From: Gnetum montanum
Lineage: Eukaryota > Plantae > Gnetophyta
NCBI GenBank assembly: GCA_015680685.1
Contig: MNCI01002250.1
Location: 841,611 to 902,860, forward strand
Direction of reading: 5' to 3'
Length of the DNA: 61,250 bases
The notes below the pieces were generated by a model, which saw only the letters and a program-made list of their open reading frames with translations, searched no databases and was not told the origin of the DNA. The position numbers and the translations under genes are program-made. Every line of letters begins with the position of its first letter. Positions within the stretch are counted from its first letter, which is position 1. Positions 1 through 11,370 of this stretch are shown here, piece after piece.

Positions 1-2006
1 AAAACATTGTAAAATATAGAACAAGTACAATATAAATCCAAAATATTGTTAATGCTTAAAAATTGCAATATTACCATTAAATTGAAACAAGAAAATTTGC
101 AACGGTATGGAGGACATCAAATCCATTTCCTTACTCAAGAGCCATAATCTGGCCAAACATATAATTTCTGCAACAGCCAAAATGATAGCAATAAAATGAA
201 ACCCTTTTGTTACTACATCCAGTCTTTTCAAGAATGAAATTAAGCATCAAGCCTCAACCAAATTTGTACCAAATCATGTCTGCTAATACTTTTGTTCAAC
301 CACAACCTATGAGTAGTGCTGTAGGGCCATGTTGAAGATGAACAAATTATAAGAAAATACAACTTAACTAAACTAATCACAGCCCAGTAACTCACTCACG
401 TCACCTACGATGGGACGGTGGGAAATCGGCACTGGTCATGATGAAGGGGAAAGTAAAAACAGAGCGCCATGAGCTTGCATACGGCCATTGGCCATGCGCT
501 GGTGGGCTTCGTTCCCTCATAAGCAAACACATTTTTAAAAAAAGTTGAACAAGCATCGATCGTCATCATGTTCATGACTCATGACCCATGACGATGACCC
601 TGTTTTGTTTTGTTTTTTCTTTTTTTAGCAGAGATGAGAAAAAGAACAAATACCAGCAATGACCAATAAACACGCGTAAATGTGTGAGTCATGGCGGAAC
701 TTTGGCGCTCGCAAAGGCCAATCCATTCAAATGCAATGTTTACCTCGCACGCCCCATCCCAAACTTGATTTCCGTATGACCCAAACTTGGCCCTTCGGCC
801 TTCGATTACCAAAGTAGCCCTTTCGTGATTTCCATGTGTTTGTTTATTAATTGGTGCTCCCCTGTTTTCTGTGGTCTGTGTCATGTCGATGCCATGAATC
901 GTGATTGCTTGCTGGCACTTAATGAAATGAATTTTCTAGTAAGATTCAGAGTAGGAGAATATACGTAAGATTTTAATGCACAATGCAGAGATAAGAACAA
1001 GGCAAGAGGCCAGGAAAGGCAAGGCAAGGCAACAATTTCAATGTAACATACAGATCCTGACAAAATTTCATTGGAAATTATGAAATACTTAACCAAAATC
1101 TGCAGCTTCCAAATTCAACGCACCACTTGCAACCGCCATTTTTAAATTGAAACAGTGAGTGACGTCAAAAGATTCATGCACCAGGCAAATGAAACTCCGC
1201 AACCAAGCACATGAACAAATTTGGTTTACATTCAAACACAAGCTGACACGAAGCCATTCAAGGCGCATGCTAGATCGACTTTAACATAGCAGTCTTAATG
1301 ATGCTGATACTTTGAAAATGTTGGCTATTACAGTAACCAAATGTTCTAAAAGTCAGTTCGCCGATGTTGAATTTAGAGCATAGTTACTAGAAATGTGACG
1401 GAGAACTGTCAAAGGAAAAGGTTGTAGAAAAGAAACAGCATAAAGAATCCAAGCAATAATTTAGAAAAATTTGAATATTTTCATGTCAAAAATGAAACAG
1501 GGAAAAGAACTACCAATATAACTCATATATATTTTGAAAGAAATTACAGTTTATGGCCAAATATCCTTAATTTAAATGTATTTAATTTAATAACTATGGA
1601 AAACCTTTCGCTTTTCTAGTAAAATATATTAATATGCCAGGAACAGTAAACACCTAAAGCAAAGGCATTTTGAAAAGGTTTCTTTGTGGAAACAGAAAAC
1701 ATTAGCAATCCTTTGAGTTTCTTTCAACTAGGATTTATAGTAGTTTTGGTAGGCTACCAGGGAAGGTGCATATTGTAGTGCTATTGTAGTCAACGTATTA
1801 GTCATTTTAAATTGGCAATTCAATCTAGCGAGTAGGTATGTAGAGTATGGGTTACATGTAATTTTTAACTAGTTGTGAGGATGATACTAACCTAAGGTTA
1901 CATAGTTGCAGGTAGGTCATATTGACGAAGTTGTCAACTTTTAAGTTTTTCTTTCATATCTTAGTGGTGTTGGTTACAACTCACCATGATTCTACTGCAA
2001 GTCCCA

Positions 2007-2106
2007 ATATAATATAATCACAACTGAGTACTAGAGCTGTAACTTGCAATATTATAATCACAATATAATATAATCACAACTGAGTACTAGAGCTGTAACT
2101 TGCAAT
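2007..2106. repeat. ~45-bp tandem duplication in the gene 1 upstream region
   Basis: AATATAATATAATCACAACTGAGTACTAGAGCTGTAACTTGCAAT occurs twice; a single shorter copy lies upstream of gene 3. Confidence 0.85.
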
Positions 2107-2534
2107 TGGCTTACACTTGTAAAGACAAGTTAAAATTATTTTAAGTGTCAAACGAAAACTTAACTATTAAGGAACTATTAAGGAAAATTATAAAGAGAGC
2201 TGGAACAGAAGTGTATAAGATTCTCTCCAGAAACTTTTAATTTAGTTTAAATTAAAAAAAAGATATAAGATTGTTTCCAGAAACTTTTAATTTAATTTAA
2301 ATTAAAAAAGATATTTAGTTCAGCAAACATATCTTTGAATCTCCAGTCAGCCAAGCTAATCATGCTGCGCTGAAGCAAGGATGGTATGCTGAACCAATCA
2401 TGCTGAAGCAAGGATGGTCCCACTGTAGAGCTGTGGATAAATTCAGGCCACAATCAAGAAACTGAAAGCAAGCAAGAAAGAGACTCAGAACTCAAACTTT
2501 CAGTTACCAGATCATCCAACTTAGTAAGTAAGCT

Positions 2535-3951
2535 ATGGCGATGGAGAAGGAAACACTGAGAGTGCAACCACTGTCAGAAAGATTGCTAGCAAAGGGCAAC
2601 TGTGCCTCTCTAACACTGCCGGCGCAATATGTGCAATCGGAGGGCCAGAGGGTGCCGGCGGTGTCCGGCAGTGTGCCGGTGATTGATGTATCCCTTCTCC
2701 ACGGCACGGCGGAGGAGCGCAAAGAAACGGTGAACCGGATCGGTGCTGCGTGCCGTGAATGGGGAATCTTCTTCGCCGTGAACCACGGCATCTCCGGCGA
2801 GCTGATCCAGGAGCTCCGGACTGTGGGTGAGGCATTTTTCCAACTTCCGCAGGCCGAGAAGGAGGCCTACACAGCACGTCGAGTGCCGGATAAGCCGATT
2901 GCAGAAGGGTATGCCATCTCTGCACAAGGCTACGGCATCGGCTCCAACACCGACAAGACCCCGAAACTAGGCTGGGTTGATTACTACTTCCACCTGCTTG
3001 CCCCTCCCTCGCAGGTTAACCATGCCGTTTGGCCCGCTCACCATCCCCGTTACAGGTAAAATCAGCTACAGTCTTGATACTGATTGTTTTGCATGAAATT
3101 AATAGCCTTGAATGTTTGATACCAAAGTGGAACTGCTCTTACCTTTCTGTATTCAGATATCGTTACTCTTTAAAGCTTTTGAAAAAAATCGGTAAACTGT
3201 GTAAAAATTAGTTTTTCACCAAAAGCTAGATGAGTGGATAAAGGGTATTGAAATTCAATGCATACTTTAGCTTCATGTGCGTTTGCTTGCAATTCAAAAT
3301 CCAGGTAGTATCTTTAATGGAGACCATTTAGCATTATAATTGTGAACCGATGAACAAGATTTTTGACACATTTGCCTGGTATGCAGGGAGATAACGGAGA
3401 AGTACAATGAAGGCCTAACACCAGTAGCGAAGGCACTGATGGAAGCCATGGATGAGCACCTGGGTCTTAACCCCGGTAGCCTTGCAAAGGCCGTGGGAGG
3501 CATGGATGAGATGGATGTGCTGATAAAACTGAGCTACTACCCACCTTGCCCACGTCCAGACCTAGTCTTTGGTGTGGCACCACACACCGATTTGTCTGCA
3601 CTAACTCTGTTACTGAGCAACGGTGTCCCTGGCCTCAATGTGTGCCGCAGTGACGGTGTCTGGGTTGCTGTCGAGGGCGCCGGGGTGCCCGACGGAGCAC
3701 TGATTGTGCATATCGGTGACAAGCTCAAGATTGCTTCAGCTGGTGCTTTCTGTAATGTTCTCCACCGGAGCACCGTGGAGAGTGACCGTGTCCGAATGTC
3801 ATGGCCGGTGTTCTATATGCCGCCGCTGGACGCTGTGGTTGAGCCCGTGCCGGAGCTCCGTGGCCAGAGCTCGCTTTCACCGGAGTTTACCCCTTTGCCT
3901 TACCGTGAATTCTTGCGTCTCAAGTTCAGCAACAAAAACACTGGGGTTTAA
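2535..3951 (+). CDS. FLS: Flavonol synthase/anthocyanidin synthase-like 2OG-Fe(II) dioxygenase, copy 1; join(2535..3055,3387..3951), 361 aa
   Basis: Exon 1 encodes a DIOX_N-type region (VPVIDVS, ACREWGIFFAVNHGIS, FFQLPQAEKEAY, GWVDYYFH). Phase-2 intron AG|GTAAAA...TGCAG|G (3056-3386) restores the frame. Exon 2 has YYPPCPRPDL, HTD...H iron triad and RMS 2OG-binding motif. PPCPRPDL, GWVD and RMSWPVF are closer to FLS than ANS. Family call is strong; exact activity is uncertain. Confidence 0.92.
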
Positions 3952-5727
3952 CTGATGATGATAATGAGGGTCCTAATGTAGTTGATCAGTGAATCTCTTT
4001 CTACGTCATATCATAAATGTATGCAGTTAGTATGATGTTCAAAAGTAGGCTAGGATCCGGGTTCGTGAATAATGTGAGGTCATGCATGAAAGAATTTAAC
4101 AGTTTGTGACTGCTTCATTGAAATTCATGCTACTGATGTCTCTTGCAATAAAGTTATAATCTACTTCTTTTTATGTTTTGGTTTTTGTTATTTCTTTGGA
4201 TCCTTCGGAGGGAGGATTGAAAAATTACTGAGTTGCAGTCTAATTGTATGAACCCAGAATAATGGCTACGAAATTTCCCGGGAAGTAATGTTTTTGAATC
4301 CAGAATAATGGCGGTGGAAATTCCATGGAAGTAATATTTTTTGAATGTGAATGTCACCTGCAGAATATGCGTCAAACATCCAAGAGTAGTATAATACGCA
4401 AAAGCCCTTTATATTTTTAATATTAAAATGTTGTTTTAAGCTTTCTAAACCTTGATGAGCATTTCAAAACATTAGGGCACCATATGCTTGACTCTTCTCC
4501 GTCATAAAAGTATTAAAGTCATTCCATGTGCTGGAGAATAAAACTACCATCTTATGATATATCTTTGTATGGATGTTATTAAATTTTTAAATATGGTTAA
4601 GAGAACATTTTCATGATAATTTTTATCGCAAGAATTATTTAACATTGGTTTTGATTTTTTTTAACATGAAAATGTTCTCCAGGTAATTTGAAAAAGAAAA
4701 CTATTCTCTCGACACCTAATAAATACATATTATAAAAATACATCTAAACTATTAATCTTCTTGATAATTATAAAGATTTCCCGAATGCTTATCATATCCA
4801 GTCCAGTTTACCATTTTTAAAAGTGTTATACTGCAACTTGGATATATTCTGCACGGTTTTGGGCACCTGTAAGTTCAGAATATTAAACCGTGTAATTATC
4901 ATTGTGTAGCATTTTGCGTAAAGAACTGCATTTCAAAATTTGCAATAACAATAACAGTTATTTGACTTATTTCAGCAGTTAACAAATTTGTAAGATACTC
5001 CCTTGGCATTGGATGGGTGGTCAAATTTTGAAAACTTTTTTTTTGGGACGCGAAACATAAAAGATTGTTCACACCTATGTGGGCCGGGCGAATCTGGCAG
5101 AAATTTCACACAGTTCGGGGCTGGTATGTGTAAAGAAGCACACTAAATTCGCAACAGGTACTTTTCCTACAAATATTTTTATTTTGCGACCAAGATATCA
5201 AGTAACAGAGAAATCTTGCACCTTGCAAACACAAATCCCTTACACTGTAATATAAAATATACATGCAAAAATACATTTAGTGTAAGATTTATAAAAATTC
5301 ATGGGAGTTGTCATTTTCCCTGTTCATAAATATATTTTAATTTTTTTTATTCACATCCCGGGTTGAACCAGTAACCATCTTTTTTAGTGTTACATATCAG
5401 ATTGCTTTTATGCATAGGTTCACACAAACAAATTTTAAAAGCAATGCCTGTCTACTATGCATCAAATGAATCCAATTCTTGGATGCGAGGAATCCAGGAT
5501 TTAATTCAATTCGCATTTGGGTACACAAGCATATGCAAAGACTGTGGGAAAGTGAATTACAAAATAAAAAAAATATTTAAATTAAATATTTTTAAGTTTT
5601 TTTGCATTTTACATCTATAAAATATCTTTTTTAATTTAAATTAAATTAAAAGTTTCTAGAGAGAATATTATAAGCTTCTTCTGGTCGGGCTCGGCCCCCC
5701 ACCTGGCTTCTTTTTGAGAATCTCCGG

Positions 5728-6620
5728 TTTATCTGCTACTAGGCATTCTTTACATAGTCAATTACTGCAGGCAGGGTGCAACATTCCAAGAAGCCTGGTT
5801 CGACTTGCAACTTGCAGCTGCCAATTTTCAACCAGAGAGTAGAACTAAAAAGCCATATTGTCCTACTGCATCCGTCATTGTTCTCTCATTGATGCACACG
5901 AGAAGTTAAAAGAGTGAAGTTACATGATATTCTTCACAAGGAAATGAGAAATGAGAGGGGCGCTGCCACCATCCATGATAATGACAATTAAGATTACTGC
6001 GGACCTTACATTCCAAAATCCAAGGTGATCATATACGTTAAAAATGTTAGTTGGCTTTCAAATTTCTCTCTCATGGAGACCAGAGTTCAACCACGTGCAA
6101 GGCCAGTGAGTCAAGACACGAAACCAGAGGTCAACAACATGCATCTAAACTATTAATCTTCTTACTAATTCTAAAGATTTCCTGAATGCTATCAAACCCA
6201 ATCCAGTTTCCCATTCTTAAAAGGTGTTATCTGCTACTAGGCATTCTTTCCATAGTCAACACACTGATGCAGGCAAGGTGGGACATTCCAAGAAGTGGTT
6301 CCACTTCCAACTTCCAACTACCAATTTTGAACCAGAGAGTAAAACTTAAAAGCCATGTCCTACTGCATCCGTCATTGTTGTCTCATTGAACTTGGACACG
6401 AATGCACACGAAAAGAAAAAAGAGTGAAGTTACAAGATATTTGTCAAAAGGAAATGAGAAATGAGAGAGTGGATCGCTGCCACCATGCATGATTCTGACA
6501 ATTAAGATTACTGCGGACCTTACATTCCAAAATCCAAGGTGATCATGGCTTTCAAATTTTTCTTTCATGGAGACCAGAGTTCAACGACGTGCAAGGAAAG
6601 TTACGAAACGAGAGGTCAAC
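5728..6620 (+). repeat. Diverged local duplication of a ~400-bp downstream module (5728-6135 vs 6226-6620)
   Basis: Shared blocks such as ATCTGCTACTAGGCATTCTTT and ACAATTAAGATTACTGCGGACCTTACATTCCAAAATCCAAGGTGATCAT; the linker 6143-6225 copies 4741-4828; a homolog lies downstream of gene 2 (~27490-27830). Confidence 0.8.
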
Positions 6621-7300
6621 CACGTGCAAGGAAAGTCAAGACGCACCAAACATTGAAAGGTACATAGGCAGTAATCACAACGCTACTCAGAGCATCATAA
6701 TAGAGACGAGTCATATAAAACACCCTTGAAGTCCAAACAAAATTATAAGAGGTGAGGTGGTGATGCCATCCGCGTGCAATTTTCATATTCAAATACAAAG
6801 AAGACTCACTGAGTTAAGTCTCCCTATGTGACCGAACCACCACGCAAGATTTCATGTGGCCAGATTCAGCATTGAGCACATGAAGACCTAATCATATTAT
6901 TTGGGACAGTTGAATTGAATGTTCTCCGGTGGAAAATTTGAATATTTTGATTGGGTGGTGCAACTTTTTCTTTTAAAATTGTCGTTATAGTAGCCTTATT
7001 CTAACAAAATGGGTTGTTTCTGTTTGAAAAAGAAATTGAAATGGAAGAGAAGGTATGACATCTATACAAAAAAATTAGAGAAAGTACTTTTATTTCATAG
7101 AAAATAAAAATTGATTCAACAAAGTGGCTAAGGACACCTTGAAGTAACAAAAGTATATCAAATAAACTTTTTGCTGTATTATATTTATTCTGTAATTTAT
7201 CTTTATAAAAGCAAAATCTTTATAATTTGCGTATTCTTCATATCACCTTCATTTTCGTAATACATTTTTTTTTTTGTTAATGTGGCAATGATTCTTTGAT

Positions 7301-8153
7301 TGATGGATCCTTCAAAAGGCTACGTCGACATGCCTTGTCGATGCATGGTTAGATGCATCAACACAAATGTGTTGATACAGTGTCCAGTCTTGCCTATTTA
7401 AATGCACATACCCATTGCATTTATGGCACATTAAGATAATAGTGTAGCCAAACTCTTGTAGTTTTTTTTGTCAAAGTTAGGATATTTTCTAAGTGCCTAA
7501 AGTAGGACTTCAAGGATTGTACAAATCCTTATTCAAACATCAATGTATCTAAACACTTTAATGTGTTCGCAATAGAGATGAGATTCTTGGAATTCTTTGC
7601 AACACTTAAGAATAGTTTAAATGTTTTCATTCATGCACTTTATTACTCATGCATTTTATATTCATATCCTTAGTTAATTAATACATTTAATAATAACACA
7701 TAAGTATGACTATCTCAAACATACCATTAACGCTTAGTAATCTCATTAGTGTTATTGCTTGGTTCACCTAGTAGCCTAACACTTGGTAACCTAGTAGCAT
7801 TTGTAACAAGTTTAGGATGTGGATGGAAGGTGCGACCAAATGCTAATGTTAAGATAGTTAGATTAAAGCATTAGATAGCTCATTAACCAATTTACAATTA
7901 ATTACCTTTGTTTTACACTTGGCGTAAATCAAATGAAATATAAAATATAAATAAAAATCATGTACCTTGGCTTACACTTAACTATACACTTGAACTTACA
8001 CAAGTGAAGCCAAAAAGACAACGATCATATTCCTAAGTCACTATCTTTGCCCATCGGTGCATTTAGGGGCTAAGTCTACAAAATTCAATCGAATTGTTGG
8101 TGCAACGCTTGTGATTCGTTTGGTTGGGCATAGGGTCTACTTGCTACTTATCA
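7301..8153 (+). repeat. 5' LTR of element A
   Basis: Aligns along its length with 21466-22343; starts TGATGG, ends TTATCA; followed by the PBS. Confidence 0.92.
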
Positions 8154-8154
8154 T

Positions 8155-8172
8155 TGGTGTCATTGCCAGAGA
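8155..8172 (+). other. Primer-binding site, decayed tRNA-Asp type
   Basis: TGGTGTCATTGCCAGAGA lies 1 nt after the 5' LTR and differs from the Athila consensus TGGCGCCGTTGCCGGGGA only by C>T and G>A transitions. Confidence 0.8.
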
Positions 8173-8339
8173 TTTATTCTAAGTGCACTAAATAGGAAAG
8201 ATAGTGAAACCATCTAACAATGTTGTAAAGGAAGATTAATGCTAAATCATTAAGATACATAATAATAACAAATGCTCACTATTTTTGCACAATCAATGAT
8301 ATGGCTTCATCTCGTAGAGAAGATTCTCTACTACCATTC

Positions 8340-9222
8340 TGATGAGTGGCAAGGTACCCCTACACTCAACCATACGAATACGAGCGTTACACGTGCGATC
8401 CGGTCGAACTCCGCAGACTAAGTGCCTACATGCCTTATGGAACACTTAAGGTTAATAATTTGTTGTCTTCCCAGACTTACTTGTATTTGTCACGGTTGTA
8501 TGGTTAAGTAAGTCTGAGGTATGTGATTTTTATATCTTTTATGTTTTATCTCCTATGCTAATGAGGTAAAGGGTGAAAAGACTAATTAACTAACTTTAAC
8601 TAACTAACTAAGCCTTAATTAACCTAGCATCAGCATCCGTTCCCACTTGCCGTTCACACCCTAAATCAATGCAACCTTCTAGGATTACCAAATGCTAGTT
8701 GTTACTAGGATTACCAAGCGTAACGCACGTGCTCGAAGTGGTTGTACTGAATGCACTTAACTATGGGAGAAGGGTTGAGAGAGATTTAATTAACTAATAA
8801 AGCATTTAATATGATAAAAAATAAATAACAATAATTAAAATCCTAATTAGCTTAGTCCATGCACTGCAAGGTTTATCCAACAGTTCGTCTTTATTTCCGT
8901 ACACAAACTTATGTTCAGGTACAATATTTGCTCGAATAAAATATCTGTTCACTTTGGAGCTCCTACTGTGGGCACATGGAAATTATTCTATCTCTGGAGA
9001 GGTAAAACTACTAGAGTTTCACTAAGGGTCTAGATCTAGATGAAGAAACAAGGGAGAGTTGCCTCTTATTTATAGACTTGGCGATGCACCGCGATATCGC
9101 ATATGCGATATCGCGGGGGAAGACGCGATATCGCGTATGTGATATCGCGGGGGATGCGATGTCATGGTGGACACGATATTACATACGCGATATTGCGGCC
9201 CATGCGATATCGCGTCCCATCA
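8340..9222 (-). mobile_element. Younger solo LTR nested in element A
   Basis: TGATGAG...CCCATCA termini; perfect 5-bp TSD CATTC (8335-8339, 9223-9227); CpG-rich; TATA TCTATAAATAA on the minus strand at ~9066-9076; one end resembles the reverse complement of the element A LTR end. Confidence 0.92.
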
Positions 9223-11370
9223 CATTCATAGGCAGATCCAATCAAAGGCAAGAGAGTTAGAAAATGCAAGTGCTCTAATAGTTCTAGGTTGTCTACACCC
9301 ATCTAAATCCTTACACTTTGGACTTCACCTTCATCTTGCATTAGGACAAGTAGTTGTAATAGAGGGACATGGAGGGCAACATTGTGTTGTCTCTTACTTG
9401 ATCTATTCCAGTGATGTTGTTGAATAATCTTATCAAGTTTGGCATTGTTGGACTTAATGCTGAGTACAAGGTTCAAGATCATCTCTATTGAGATTATCAG
9501 CCCATAGAGGCCTAATGGATAAAAGATCAGCAAATGGAAGCTTGATATGAGGATTCAAAGGACAAAAGGTTTTCTAACCACTTGTTTCTACAAATACACA
9601 AAGAAGGCAAGGACTTCTTTTTGGGTGCCTCCTAATACATAGATTCTCCTCTTCTCTTTAATGGAGAGACCCTTAACCAATAGTTGTAGTTAATTGTGGA
9701 CAACCTTGGTGATGAGAAGAATGGATCTTAAGACCAAGGAGCCTTAAAATATGGCAACCATAGCCATTCATCTAGAGGTAGGGATAATAACAAGCACCAA
9801 GAGAGAGATAGACATGGTGACCAAGGTAGTGATGAAAGAAGAGGAGGTAGTAAGCATTGTTCTAGTGCTAATTCTTCTTTCTCTTCATCTTCATCATCAT
9901 CCTCATCGTCTTCCTCCTCCAACTTCGACAAGAGAAGCTAAGGTTGGGCCCATGGAAAGAGTAATAGAGATTATGGTGGAGATGAACGGTGGGATAAGGA
10001 CAATTGTAGATCCCTCTTCGACAATAGGGACTATGAGCATGAGCAATAATAGGGAGATGAACATCATAGAGAATGAGGGCACAACAAGACTCATAGTAGG
10101 CATCATGGCCATGATAAGGGCCACAAAGATTACTATAACTACGATGAGCCTATGCTAGCTACAAGAAATATGTTGAATATTTAAAAGGTTCATAGAATTC
10201 CCACTAGGTAGTTGAAGGATAGCCGCACTAAATAGTTGGATATGCACAATATCAACAAGTTTGAGGGGGATATAATTAAAATCCACAAAATCATTTACAA
10301 ACCTTCCATGATGCCTGTGCCTTGAAAAATGTGAAGAGTGAATGCCGAAAGATAAAACTATTCCCAACGACATTCATAAAGGAAGTAGAAAGCTAGTATC
10401 GGTCCTTGAACCAATATCTATTTAGCAATGCAGTACAATGTTGGAGTTGTTCAATGACAAATACCAAACATACTCCAGAGTGTCCAATTTGAGGAGGCAA
10501 ATCCAAGGTTGGAAACAAGGCATTCATGAGTCCTTGGATGTGGCCATGGGTAGGTATTACTCTTTGTTGCATCGATGCCCAAGCCATGAATACTTCCAAT
10601 GGGATCAACTGTGCCATATCATAGATGGGCTCAAAACTAAAACAAGGAAAAACCTTGTGGTCTATGCCCAAGGGAGACTTTCTTAGCTAAGGATCCATTA
10701 GATTCAAAGGCTCATTGAGTAAGTGGCCAAAGAAGAAGGAGAACTAAAAAAATGAGAGTGTAGAAGAGAACAATAGAGATCCCTCCATCCACAAGAGGGA
10801 GTTTTGTTTTTGTGAGAATGAGGAGAAGGCATCGCTTGATGAAGTGGTATAATGGAAAACTTTGCCGATCCAAAAATTTGTTACTAAAATATCAGCTAAG
10901 ATTGATAAGATGTGGGTCTCCTTGGATGAGAAGTTTCAAATTGCTCTAAAGATTGAAAAGAAAAGTAGATATCAAGGATATAGTAACTATGAATGAAGGA
11001 AGAAGAAGGAGGCTGAACAAAAATATCATAAAGATAAGGAAAAAGCTGTAGTGGTAGAGAAGATTGCAAATTCAAAATCTAATAATGATGGATATGACAT
11101 CTTTCAATATGAACATCCCAAGGGATTTTCCTTGTATTGTCACACTTACAAAAATTTGGGATGTAGGCTTTAAATTATAGATTGGCAAAATGACAAGTAC
11201 CTAGGAGGTTGCCTTATCCACAAGGCAACTATCGGTAGCAACTCCCCTAATAAGCTTACTATTTAAGTGGAGCACTACCTCAACCTCAAGAATGGTACCA
11301 ATAATGGCAACACATACATTCATGGGGGATGTCACCTCCAAGGTAGCGGTACCCTTATCACTAACCTGAT

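Noticed and set aside
49-1096. Short hydrophobic minus-strand ORFs as exons of a neighbouring gene
   Set aside because: No recognisable domain or consistent splice structure; cannot be supported from the sequence alone.
2504-2927. Antisense ORFs over the dioxygenase exons (also at genes 2 and 3)
   Set aside because: Shadow ORFs caused by GC-rich codon usage; no recognisable motifs.
9728-10158. Acidic or His/Ser-rich ORFs as a possible captured host gene
   Set aside because: Low-complexity sequence between the PBS and gag core of element A, most simply a decayed gag N-terminal region.
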